Assembly: GCA_020432045.1 (NCBI GenBank)
Contig: JAGQHB010000024.1
Location: 78,405 to 142,404, forward strand
Length of the DNA: 64,000 nt
Direction of reading: 5' to 3'
Origin: Dehalococcoidia bacterium
GTDB taxonomy: Bacteria; Chloroflexota; Dehalococcoidia; Tepidiformales; Tepidiformaceae
Positions 27,555 through 36,322 of this stretch are shown here, one piece after another. The notes beneath the pieces are model-generated. The model saw only the letters and a list, made by a program, of their open reading frames with translations, did not search any database and was not told where the DNA came from. Position 1 is the stretch's first letter. Every line of letters begins with the position of its first letter. The position numbers were made by a program, and so were the translations under genes.

Positions 27555-28361
27555 ATGGCCTACGAAGCGATCCTCTACGAAGTCGAAGACCGTGTCGCCA
27601 CGATCACACTCAACAAGCCCGAACGCCTTAACGCATTCGACGACCAGATGCTCGCTGACTGGCATGACGCCATCGTTGCGGCCGACAGGGATCCCGGCGT
27701 CGGTGCCATCATCATCACGGGCGCCGGCCGTGGCTTCTGCAGTGGCATGAACGTCCAGGCCGAAGTTGCCGGAAGTGGTGTCCTTCGCAGCGAAGCCACC
27801 GTCGCCACCCGCCGCCACAGCCTCCGGGACCGCGTGCACCCGATCCCTCGCGCGCTCATCCAGCTCGAAAAGCCGTACATCGCTGCTATCAACGGTGCTG
27901 CCGCCGGGGCCGGTATGGACATGGCCAGCATGGCGGACATCCGTTTCGCCGCGTCAACCGCGCGCATGGGCATGACCTACGTACGCATGGGTCTCATCCC
28001 CGGCGACGGTGGCACCTATACGCTCCCGCGCATCGTCGGCACTCAGCGCGCCCTCGACATGATTTGGACCGGAAAACTCATAACCGCCCAGGAAGCCCTC
28101 GCCATCGGCTACCTCATGGATGTCTTCGAACCCGAAGAGTTGCTCCCGCGTGTCAAAGCCTATGCTCGCACCATCGCAAACGGGCCCGCCACCGCCGTCC
28201 AACTCTCGAAGAAACTCGTCTACCGCTCCGCTAACATCCCCTTCGACGAGCACCTCGATGTCGCGCAGATGGCCATGTTTATCGCCCAGACCACCGATGA
28301 TGCGAAGGAAGGCCCACTGGCGTTTGTCGAGAAGCGTGAGCCAAAGTGGCAGGGCCATTGA
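27555..28361 (+). CDS. Enoyl-CoA hydratase/isomerase family
   Basis: Sequence VATITLNKPERLNAF...ITGAGRGFCSGMNV. Confidence 0.85.
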   Translation: MAYEAILYEVEDRVATITLNKPERLNAFDDQMLADWHDAIVAADRDPGVGAIIITGAGRGFCSGMNVQAEVAGSGVLRSEATVATRRHSLRDRVHPIPRALIQLEKPYIAAINGAAAGAGMDMASMADIRFAASTARMGMTYVRMGLIPGDGGTYTLPRIVGTQRALDMIWTGKLITAQEALAIGYLMDVFEPEELLPRVKAYARTIANGPATAVQLSKKLVYRSANIPFDEHLDVAQMAMFIAQTTDDAKEGPLAFVEKREPKWQGH

Positions 28362-28409
28362 ATCGCGACGTTCCGCACGAAGCCGGCTGCTCAGCCTGCT
28401 AGCACAGTG

Positions 28410-28907
28410 CTACAGGCGTGTGAAGGCCCACGCCTCCATCTGCACCTCGAACCCGTCGTACGGCTGCACCCCGTGGAATGGCCGCGGGTCGTCGTCGAAC
28501 ACCAGTGGCAGCCATAGCCGATCGCCCGGCCAGGTGTTGACCTTGCCGTCGACGAGGTCTCGCGTGCGCACCCATTCCAGTTCGCCTTCGTGGTTCCCCG
28601 TACCCGGTGCTCCCTCGTACTCGTCAATAACGAACACGAAGCCGAACCAGCTTTCGTTCTCGCCGCCAAAGCCCGGCCACGAGAGCGTTCCCCGAAGATG
28701 CATCGCCGTGACCGTCACGCCCGTCTCTTCAAACACCTCGCGGGCCATGCCCGCCGCGCAGTCCTCGTCCTCGTTCAGCTTCCCGCCAACACCGTTGTAC
28801 TTCCCGAATGCCGGGTCCTCATGACGCGTGCGCCGAATCATCAGGACGCTTTCGCGATCCTTCGAAACTACGTACCCAAGTGTTGCCAGTATCGGTGTGT
28901 ACGCCAT
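28410..28907 (-). CDS. NUDIX hydrolase
   Basis: Complete Nudix box GKLNEDEDCAAGMAREVFEETGV. Trimmed to ATG 28907. Confidence 0.8.
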   Translation of the reverse strand: MAYTPILATLGYVVSKDRESVLMIRRTRHEDPAFGKYNGVGGKLNEDEDCAAGMAREVFEETGVTVTAMHLRGTLSWPGFGGENESWFGFVFVIDEYEGAPGTGNHEGELEWVRTRDLVDGKVNTWPGDRLWLPLVFDDDPRPFHGVQPYDGFEVQMEAWAFTRL

Positions 28908-28993
28908 GGCCGAGAGGCTACCACGACGCAGACTTTCGCCCTGCCACACCGCTCCCCTAGAATCCCCCAATAAGCAGAGGGAGCCCTGAACCA

Positions 28994-29281
28994 ATGGCCT
29001 ACGTCCGTATCTCTATCGTCCGGCCCATGCGTGGACAGTCCGAGCGTGTTGAAACGCTCATGCGCCAACTCGCCGAAAGCGTCGCCAAGCATGAAGGCTG
29101 CACGCAAAGCATGCTGCTGCAGTCCGACGACGGCACCGGTGAACTCGCCCGCGTCGCTGTCTATACCGACGCCCAGGCCTCGGCGGCCACCGCAAACGAC
29201 GCGCACATCATGGCCCTTCGTTCGGAACTCCACCTCGTCATCGAGCCCGGCCACGTCGAGCGTTCCTTCGAAAGCTTCTAG
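28994..29281 (+). CDS. ABM/Dabb-like small protein (95 aa)
   Basis: Alpha-beta barrel-like pattern MAYVRISIVRP...ELARVAVYTD. Assignment by eye. Confidence 0.45.
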   Translation: MAYVRISIVRPMRGQSERVETLMRQLAESVAKHEGCTQSMLLQSDDGTGELARVAVYTDAQASAATANDAHIMALRSELHLVIEPGHVERSFESF

Positions 29282-29347
29282 GCCTTAACCCCCGGCTCCT
29301 CTGGCCGTTGGTGCCTCACTCCGGGCAGCGTAAGCTGTTTGCAGGCC

Positions 29348-29539
29348 ATGACCGAACAGAAGCCCGCCGCCCGCCGCTATCGTTCGCTTCCCGCCCTCAA
29401 ACAGGAAGTGCCGGTGGACTTTGAACATGCCCGCCGCCTCGCTGAGCTCCGGCGCCAGGTCCAGGACGGCACATACGTGCCTGATCCTGAACGCATCGCC
29501 GCCGAGATTCTCGAACAGGGTTTGGATTCGCTCACCTGA
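29348..29539 (+). CDS. FlgM-family anti-sigma-28-like small protein
   Basis: C-terminus RLAELRRQVQDGTYVPDPERIAAEILEQGL matches the FlgM signature (..I..G.Y.vD...iA..ll). First ATG used; the track start at 29339 is TTG. Confidence 0.55.
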   Translation: MTEQKPAARRYRSLPALKQEVPVDFEHARRLAELRRQVQDGTYVPDPERIAAEILEQGLDSLT

Positions 29540-29546
29540 TACGCCG

Positions 29547-31301
29547 CTACGGCCGGCCGCGGAACGACACATGCGTCACATCGATCGAGGCATCGGCGAA
29601 CCGCTGCTGATATCCGTCTGACGTGTCGATCGGGAATCCATTCACATACGGCCAACTCAGCGCTACCACGCGCTCGCTCACAAAGTTCACAGCAGCATCC
29701 ATCGCCATCAGCCGCCGCTGCACATCGTGCCCAATCGCGCGCCGAGCGTCAGCATCGAACGCTATCCGCTGCGACTCGATAAGTGCGTCCAGCTCAGCGT
29801 CACGGACAGCCATGCTGTTCTTCACGCCGCTGCTGTGGAAATACGGAAACAGCCAGTCGTCCAGGTCGATGCTTCCCGTGTCCGGCCCCGCTGCCCACGG
29901 TGCCTCACCCTGGAATAGCCGCGTTACAAGCTCCGAGATGGTGATCGGGTAGACCGTCACATTCAGGTCTAGCACCGCCTTCAGCTGGTCTCGCATCAGG
30001 CTCCCCATTCCCACAGCGGCCTCTGCCTCGTCAATCACGAACAGCGCGTTGTCTGCCGGCACTGTGCTGTCCGAGGCGAACGCCGCCAGCAACGCTCTCG
30101 CCTCCGCCACGTCTTGCTCCCGGCCGCCAGGCCCTGCCCGGTAGCCGGCCAACGACATCAGCTCTGACTGCGGCAGCGTCCAGCGGGTCATCGGCCAGCT
30201 CACCCAGGGGCTCATCTCGCCGGATCCAGCGAAGAACTGGTCGATCATCCCCCGGCGGTCCAGCGCAATCGAGACAGCGCGCCGAAATCGGGGGTCGTTG
30301 TAAGGAACCTGTGGCGTAAAGAACCGCATCCCAAAGAACGAAGCACTCCCCGCTGTCGTCTCCACGAGCTCCGGGATGCTCGCTCGCAGAGCGTCCGCCT
30401 GGGGCCGGCCCAACAACGCCGCATCAAGCTTCTTCACGCGCACCTGTGCTTCCAGGTCCTGGCTGTCGCGCGGTTGCACGATATCGATCCCGGAAAGTGC
30501 GGGCCGCCCGCCGCCGCCGAACCAGCCTGGATTCCGCGACACACTGGCAAACGAGCCTGGCGACCATTCCACCCAGCGGAACGGCCCGCTCCCCACCTGC
30601 AAATCGAGGTTGATATCCTGCCCATCCGGGCTCGTCTCTGGCGCGACGATAAACGCGTTTACGCCCGCGAACGTCGGCAGCATCGTGGCCAGCGGCGTCG
30701 CCACCGTGACCTTGACGATTTCTGGGGATGGCGTCTCAACGCTTTCGACGTTCTGCCAGCGGGCCTTGCGGACAAAACTCGGGTCACCATCCCGCTGCCG
30801 TTCGATCGAGAACTTCACGTCTTCCGTCGTCACTGCGCGGCCGTTTAACGGAAACGCCGCTTGCCACCTCGCGCCCGGCTGAAGCCGGAAGATGTACGTG
30901 CGTTCGTCCGGCTGCTCGGGCATCGAAGCTGCCAGGTCGTTCACGATCGAGCCCTCGGCCTGGCTCGCGTACGTCAGCAGCCGGCTGAACACGAGTGACT
31001 GCTGGCCATAGAACGGCCCCGCCTGAGTCTTGTGCGGGTCGAATGTCCCGTCGTCCGCGACTAATCCCGCGTAACGGAGCGTTGGCGCCAGCGGCGTCTG
31101 CGTCGGTGTCGTGGTCGTGGTCGCAGTCCTGGTTCCCGTGGCGCCGACTGTCCGAGTGGCCGCGGTGATGGTTGTGCTCCCGCCGTTGCCCGAACCTCCG
31201 CCGCATGCCGCCAGCGCGAGCGCTGCCGCTCCGCTGCTACCCGCGCGAAGGAACGCCCGGCGCGTTAGCCTGCCCCGTTTCAATTCCATCCCGCTTCCCA
31301 T
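29547..31301 (-). CDS. ABC transporter substrate-binding lipoprotein, family 5, Tat-type signal; orphan
   Basis: Trimmed to MGSGMELKRGRLTRRAFLRAGSSGAAALALAACGG (twin-Arg plus lipobox). An alternative ATG exists at 31289. No permease or ATPase gene is adjacent. Confidence 0.85.
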   Translation of the reverse strand: MGSGMELKRGRLTRRAFLRAGSSGAAALALAACGGGSGNGGSTTITAATRTVGATGTRTATTTTTPTQTPLAPTLRYAGLVADDGTFDPHKTQAGPFYGQQSLVFSRLLTYASQAEGSIVNDLAASMPEQPDERTYIFRLQPGARWQAAFPLNGRAVTTEDVKFSIERQRDGDPSFVRKARWQNVESVETPSPEIVKVTVATPLATMLPTFAGVNAFIVAPETSPDGQDINLDLQVGSGPFRWVEWSPGSFASVSRNPGWFGGGGRPALSGIDIVQPRDSQDLEAQVRVKKLDAALLGRPQADALRASIPELVETTAGSASFFGMRFFTPQVPYNDPRFRRAVSIALDRRGMIDQFFAGSGEMSPWVSWPMTRWTLPQSELMSLAGYRAGPGGREQDVAEARALLAAFASDSTVPADNALFVIDEAEAAVGMGSLMRDQLKAVLDLNVTVYPITISELVTRLFQGEAPWAAGPDTGSIDLDDWLFPYFHSSGVKNSMAVRDAELDALIESQRIAFDADARRAIGHDVQRRLMAMDAAVNFVSERVVALSWPYVNGFPIDTSDGYQQRFADASIDVTHVSFRGRP

Positions 31302-31346
31302 ACTATCGCCCGGCGCCGTCTGGGCACCGGAAGGACTGCACCCTGC

Positions 31347-31628
31347 ATGCCACGTAAATTCACAATCGCGGAGATCGCGTCGGCTCTCGAAGCCCTTGAA
31401 GGCTGGCAGGCTGGCGAGGACCAGATCCACCGGGAATGCACCTTTGCCGGTCATATCGAGGCTGTAGGATTCGTGGTCCGCGTGGCCATGGCCGCGGAGG
31501 TCATGGACCACCACCCCGACCTTCGCATGGTCTACAACCGCGTCGAAATCCGGCTCAGTTCGCACGATGCCGGGGGTGTCACAGGCCGCGACATCGCGCT
31601 CGCAAAGCGCATTAACGAGTTGCTTTGA
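31347..31628 (+). CDS. phhB: Pterin-4a-carbinolamine dehydratase
   Basis: Sequence GWQAGEDQIHRECTF...DHHPDLRMVYNRVEIRLSSHDAGGVT. Confidence 0.85.
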   Translation: MPRKFTIAEIASALEALEGWQAGEDQIHRECTFAGHIEAVGFVVRVAMAAEVMDHHPDLRMVYNRVEIRLSSHDAGGVTGRDIALAKRINELL

Positions 31629-32707
31629 TGGTTGAAAGCCGCCTCCGCGTTCCCGAATCCATCGCCGTGCGCGTGCCCCACGAGGTCATGCGTGCCACCG
31701 TCGAGGACGTGTTCCGCGCCCTCGGTCTGTCTGAGGCAGATGCAGCCCAATCCGCTGACGTGCTCGTCTGGGCCGACATTCGCGGCGTCGACTCCCATGG
31801 CGTCAGCAACATGATGCCGTCCTACGTCACTGGCCTCCGATCCGGGACGATCAATCCCACACCTTCGTGGACCATCACGCGCGAGGCCCTCGCCACCGCC
31901 ACGATCGATAGCGACCGCGGTCTCGGCCTCTCGGTCGGACCGGCTGCTATGAACCTCGCCATTGAGAAGGCGCGCCAGTGCGGCATCGGCTCCGTCGTCG
32001 TCGGCAATGGCCGCCACTTCGGGGCTGCCGGCTACCACGCCGCCATGGCTGTCTCTCACGATATGGTCGGCATGGCAATGACCGTCGGCGGCCTCCAGGT
32101 GCCGCCCACACACGGCTCGAAGCCCATGGTCGGCCTCAACCCGATCGCCGTCGCCGCCCCCGCCCGCAACGAGGCCCCGTTCGTTTTCGATGCCTCCATG
32201 AGCGCCGTTGCAGGCAACAAGATCCGTGTCGCTCGCCGTCTCGGAGTCCCCGTCGGCCCCGGTTGGATCGCACACACAGATGGCACACCAATCATGGAGC
32301 AGGCCCTGGTACCGGAGGAGTTTCACGTCCTCCCGCTCGGCGCCACTCGCGAAATCGGCTCCCACAAGGGTTATTCCCTCGCCATGGTCGTCGATATCCT
32401 CAGCGGCCTCCTTTCCGGCGTCGGTGCCGGCTTCCTCAACGCCGGAAATGTTTCTCACCACTTCCTCGCCTACCGGATCGATGCCTATACGGATCTTGAA
32501 GGATTTAAGGACCACATGGACGAATTCCTGAAGGGCCTCCGCGAAACCCCGCCGGCGCCCGGCCAGGAGCCAGTTGCCTACGCGGGCCTGAACTCTGCCC
32601 GCACCGAAGCAGAACGCCGCGAAAAGGGCATTCCGTACCATCCCGACGTCATCACCTACTACCGTGAGCTCGCGGCCGAGCTCGGCATCAAAGACCGCCT
32701 TTCCTGA
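31628..32707 (+). CDS. Ldh_2 family oxidoreductase (malate/L-lactate/ureidoglycolate dehydrogenase family 2)
   Basis: Sequence ADIRGVDSHGVSNMMPSYV...GSHKGYSLAMVVDILSG. Its ATG overlaps the PCD stop (TGATG). Confidence 0.85.
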   Translation: MVESRLRVPESIAVRVPHEVMRATVEDVFRALGLSEADAAQSADVLVWADIRGVDSHGVSNMMPSYVTGLRSGTINPTPSWTITREALATATIDSDRGLGLSVGPAAMNLAIEKARQCGIGSVVVGNGRHFGAAGYHAAMAVSHDMVGMAMTVGGLQVPPTHGSKPMVGLNPIAVAAPARNEAPFVFDASMSAVAGNKIRVARRLGVPVGPGWIAHTDGTPIMEQALVPEEFHVLPLGATREIGSHKGYSLAMVVDILSGLLSGVGAGFLNAGNVSHHFLAYRIDAYTDLEGFKDHMDEFLKGLRETPPAPGQEPVAYAGLNSARTEAERREKGIPYHPDVITYYRELAAELGIKDRLS

Positions 32708-32723
32708 AACCCGGGGTATTGCC

Positions 32724-33515
32724 ATGAACTACGAACAGATCCTCACTGAGACCCGCGACCGCGTCGGCGTCATCAGGCTCAACCGCCCGGAGAAGCTGAA
32801 CGCCTGGACCGACCAGATGGGGAATGAGATCTCTCATCAAGTCTCCGCCTGGAACGATGATCCCGCCATCGGTGCGATCGTCCTCGCTGCCGAGGGGCGA
32901 GCTTTCTGCGCGGGGGCTGACCTCGGAGGCTTCGCAAATAGAGCCCAGGTCAACTCCGAGGGCTCCGGCGAGCAGATTCGTCGCGGCGGCGCCGCCATCA
33001 CCCACCTCTTTCGTCGCTCGAAGCCGATCGTCGCTGCGGTTCAGGGATACGCCGTCGGTATTGGCCTCACACTCATTCTCCCCACCGACATCCGCATCGC
33101 CTCCACCGATGCTCAGCTCAGTATCCGATTCGTGAAGGTCGGCCTCATGCCTGAGCTAGGCTCCACCCGGCTCCTCGCCCAGATTGCCGGCCTCGGCCAC
33201 GCGACTGACATGTGCCTCAGTGGCCGCATGGTTCCCGCAGCCGAAGCCCTCCGTATGGGCCTCGTCAGCGACGTCGTCGAACGAGACGCGCTCCTTGGTG
33301 CGGCCGTCGCACGCGCGGACGAGATCGCCAACAACCCGCCCCAGGCTGTGACCATGATCAAAGAGTTGCTCGCCAAGAATCCGCTCGATCCAGACCTCGA
33401 AGCCGTCATGGAGCGCGAACTCCTCCGCGACCAGATCGCTCGCCGCCTTCCCGACCACACCGAGGCTCTCGCCGCCCTCCGCGAAAAGCGCCCGCCCAAC
33501 TTCGCCCGCTCCTGA
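32724..33515 (+). CDS. Enoyl-CoA hydratase/isomerase family
   Basis: Sequence MNYEQILTETRDRVGVIRLNRPEKLNAW...AEGRAFCAGADLG. Confidence 0.85.
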   Translation: MNYEQILTETRDRVGVIRLNRPEKLNAWTDQMGNEISHQVSAWNDDPAIGAIVLAAEGRAFCAGADLGGFANRAQVNSEGSGEQIRRGGAAITHLFRRSKPIVAAVQGYAVGIGLTLILPTDIRIASTDAQLSIRFVKVGLMPELGSTRLLAQIAGLGHATDMCLSGRMVPAAEALRMGLVSDVVERDALLGAAVARADEIANNPPQAVTMIKELLAKNPLDPDLEAVMERELLRDQIARRLPDHTEALAALREKRPPNFARS

Positions 33516-33550
33516 CCAACCGTCAGACCGCTCTCCCAGGAGGAACGCCC

Positions 33551-34561
33551 ATGCCCGCCGCCGTCACCCCCCAGACCATCTACGAGCCAGTCTATTTCTG
33601 GGCGAAGATACCCCACGGCATCTGGCTTCGTGAGGCCACCTCCGTCGCCATCGACTCCGAAGACCATGTCTACGTCTTCAACCGCGGCAACATGCCGGTG
33701 CTCGTCTTCGACCGAAATGGCAACCTCGTGCACCGCTGGGGCAACGACACGCCCTGGGCTGGCGTCACCGAGATCACTGACCCTTACGGCAACCCAATGA
33801 AGAAATTCGAAGGCTGCTGCTACACATGGGCGCATTCCATCCGTGCCGACCACCAGGACAACCTCTGGCTCACCGACACCGTTGGCAACCAGATCTTCAA
33901 GACCGACCGCCAGGGCAACACCCTCATGACCATCGGCACGGGCGTCCCTGCCCCGAAGCAGAGCGGGCAGATGTTCAACCGCCCGACCGACGTCGCGATT
34001 CACCCGGGAACCGGCGAGATTTTCATCAGCGACGGCTACGGGAATTCGCGTGTTCACCGCCTCGCTCCCGACGGCAGCCACATCTCCTCATGGGGCGAAT
34101 CCGGCGCCGACGACGGCCTCTTCAGCCTCCCGCACAACATCGCCATCCTCGATGACGACCACGTCATCGTCTGCGACCGTGAAAACCACCGCGTCCAGGT
34201 CTTCACGCTCGACGGCCAGTACGTCCGCCAGTGGCACGTCCACAAGGCCGTCGCCGTCTGGGTCGACCGCGAACACGGCTGTGTCTACGTCGCCGAACAG
34301 GGTCCACCGCAGGTCCAGTTCGGCGTCAAGAACCTCGGCCACCGCGTGTCGATCTTCGATACGCACGGCAAGCTCCTGAACCGCATCGGTAACCCCCTCC
34401 CCGGCGAAGCCCCGGACCAGTTCCTCTGGCCACACAGCGTCGCCGTCGATAGCACCGGCAGCATCTACGTCGCCGACGTGAGCTACGTCGAAGTCGGCAG
34501 CAAGCAAACCCCTCCCCGCGAGATGATCAGCCTCCACAAGTGGCGCCGCGTCAGCGGGTAG
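33551..34561 (+). CDS. NHL-repeat beta-propeller, peptidyl-alpha-hydroxyglycine alpha-amidating lyase (PAL)-like
   Basis: GGAGGA RBS upstream. Sequence FNRPTDVAIHPGTGEIFISDGYGNSRV...WGE...LFSLPHNIAIL...VCDRENHRVQVF parallels animal PAL (QPTDVAV.P.TG..FVSDGYCNSRI...FSVPHSLAL...VADRENGRIQ). No signal peptide. Confidence 0.8.
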   Translation: MPAAVTPQTIYEPVYFWAKIPHGIWLREATSVAIDSEDHVYVFNRGNMPVLVFDRNGNLVHRWGNDTPWAGVTEITDPYGNPMKKFEGCCYTWAHSIRADHQDNLWLTDTVGNQIFKTDRQGNTLMTIGTGVPAPKQSGQMFNRPTDVAIHPGTGEIFISDGYGNSRVHRLAPDGSHISSWGESGADDGLFSLPHNIAILDDDHVIVCDRENHRVQVFTLDGQYVRQWHVHKAVAVWVDREHGCVYVAEQGPPQVQFGVKNLGHRVSIFDTHGKLLNRIGNPLPGEAPDQFLWPHSVAVDSTGSIYVADVSYVEVGSKQTPPREMISLHKWRRVSG

Positions 34562-35633
34562 GGGTGTACGTCGGATGACTCGCACGGCTGCCGTCAACCG
34601 GTGCTAGACCAGCCGGCCCGTCGGGCCAGAGTGCGTCGCACTCGGTGGCCCATGGTTCACCCTCGGGTTTCAAACTGTTCGACTTGATGCGCGCCTTTCG
34701 CGGCGCGAACGTCGAATCGTAGATTGGAAGGCGGAGTTGCCCAGTGGGTCGAATCGTTTTCGGCGCTGGATACGCGCGGTTGTACTCATCGGGGTAGATC
34801 GAAACTGACAAGGCTCGCTTGTCATGCAGCTTGGCGGCCCAAGGGATCACCGGGTGTGCGGTCCGGAGCGAGCCTATGGATTCGCTGAGCTGGAGCCGAC
34901 CGTGGGCGTTGCGGCTTCCATCTATGCGCCGGGACACCGCATCCCAGATGCAACCCAACAGCACGTCAGTCAGCTGTATCAATTCGGTATCGTCCTCCCG
35001 CCCTGGTGTTGCTCGCCGAGGGTCGCTTGGCCTGAGGCTTACCGGCCTCTGGATTCGGACGAGGGGCGCTAGTCTTGGTGTTCCTCCGCTTCGCGAAGCA
35101 CGTGCCCGCTGTTCGCGGCGCCTCTCACGCATGCTGCGCGCGATGAACGTCGGGAGGCGTTGGAGGCTCCTCCGAAACTCGCTGTCGCCGGTTTCGTCAC
35201 AGATAAGTTCCACGAGAACGGGCGCGTCGCCGGGGAAGCTCCAGCGCAGACCGGCAATGACGGTCGCTGAAGTGTTTCTGAGAATATGTTCACCGTAACC
35301 CTGATCGCCCCGGTACGGGAACTTCTGGAACGCATCTTGCTCGACCGCGAAGACCTTGAACTTGCAGACCTGAAGGCCCGTCTTCTTGAACCAGTCGATC
35401 CACCGGAAGGCGGTCTCAGAACGGGGTCCGGCTGGCTTCTTGATCTCAGTGTAGTGCATGGGTCCCGCATAGCCGCGGCGAAGCCGACGCAATTCCCCAA
35501 CAAGCCAAGCACGACGATTCTGAGGGACAAGCAATAGGCCGTGCACCAAGTACGGGTGCGCGTTCACCCCCCGACTGGCTTGGATCTCGTCGTGAACGGC
35601 CAGAACCTGTCGAAGGCGGCCAGATGGGAACAT
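34551..35633 (-). CDS. Hypothetical protein, tentatively DUF3800-like (360 aa)
   Basis: ORF 34551..35975 trimmed to ATG 35633 (AAGGA upstream), below the ferredoxin gene. Motifs VLAVHDEIQ, PMHYTEIKK and ELIQLTDVLLGCIW resemble DUF3800 from memory. Codon usage is visibly poorer in G/C-ending codons than in neighbouring genes. Confidence 0.5.
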   Translation of the reverse strand: MFPSGRLRQVLAVHDEIQASRGVNAHPYLVHGLLLVPQNRRAWLVGELRRLRRGYAGPMHYTEIKKPAGPRSETAFRWIDWFKKTGLQVCKFKVFAVEQDAFQKFPYRGDQGYGEHILRNTSATVIAGLRWSFPGDAPVLVELICDETGDSEFRRSLQRLPTFIARSMRERRREQRARASRSGGTPRLAPLVRIQRPVSLRPSDPRRATPGREDDTELIQLTDVLLGCIWDAVSRRIDGSRNAHGRLQLSESIGSLRTAHPVIPWAAKLHDKRALSVSIYPDEYNRAYPAPKTIRPTGQLRLPIYDSTFAPRKARIKSNSLKPEGEPWATECDALWPDGPAGLAPVDGSRASHPTYTPTR

Positions 35634-35725
35634 GCGTCCTTGAGCGAAGGCGGACACACACCGAACAGATGTTCCTAAAACGCTATCACGCAATCGGATC
35701 CGTGTGAAGAGACACCCCACACTCC

Positions 35726-36235
35726 CTACCGGCTCGCTGCCTCCGCCTTCCGTGCCTGGATGACCAGTTCCTTCTCGTGCTCCGTCAGCAGTTCCCAGGG
35801 CTTCAGGATCTCGTCCCGTAGCGGGAAGATGTGGATCGAGTCCCAGCCGCACACGTCTTCGCACAGCCGGCAACCCGTGCACTTCTTCTCGTCCACCGTC
35901 GAGACGCCGAAGAAGTCGTCGATCCTGTCGCTGTGCTGCAGGCTCAGCGCGTCGAACGGGCAGATGTTGATGCACAGCTCACACCCGGAGCCGATGCACT
36001 TGTCCTCGATCACCACCGCCTTCGGCCATTCGTTCTTCTTGAGCGACCTGCAGACGATGCCATCCGTGTCGAGGATCGCTTCCGGCGGGCAAACCAGCCC
36101 GCACGCCCCGCAGTCGATGCAAAGCGTCGAGTCGATCACATGCATCATGTTGCGTTCGCCCGTAATTGCGTTCGTCGGGCACCGCTTCGTGCAGGCGGTG
36201 CAGCCAATGCATGTCTCGATGATCTTGTACGCCAT
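35726..36235 (-). CDS. Polyferredoxin with four 4Fe-4S cluster motifs
   Basis: Four cluster motifs: CIGCTACTKRCP, CIDCGACGLVCP, CIGSGCELCINICP and CTGCRLCEDVCG. Trimmed to ATG 36235 (MAYKIIETC). Confidence 0.85.
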   Translation of the reverse strand: MAYKIIETCIGCTACTKRCPTNAITGERNMMHVIDSTLCIDCGACGLVCPPEAILDTDGIVCRSLKKNEWPKAVVIEDKCIGSGCELCINICPFDALSLQHSDRIDDFFGVSTVDEKKCTGCRLCEDVCGWDSIHIFPLRDEILKPWELLTEHEKELVIQARKAEAASR

Positions 36236-36322
36236 GCGAACCCTCGTCCCTCTGCGGTTACCTCCTATCATACAGGGGGATCGCGGTTGACGCCCCGCTC
36301 CCCGACATCCCGCGAGGTCTTC

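Noticed and set aside
26538-27839. 433-aa minus-strand ORF spanning the cupin, hemerythrin and hydratase region
   Set aside because: It runs antisense to the hemerythrin and hydratase genes and across an intergenic promoter region. It has low-complexity Gly/Asp/Glu composition.
34551-35975. Full 474-aa version of the DUF3800-like ORF, and similar long 5' extensions of 33212..34561, 35831..37282, 56263..57141, 58574..60547 and 35726..36598
   Set aside because: The extensions overlap well-supported upstream genes and are Arg/Pro/Gly-rich. They also precede internal starts that have good RBS and family-typical N-termini. These ORFs were trimmed accordingly.
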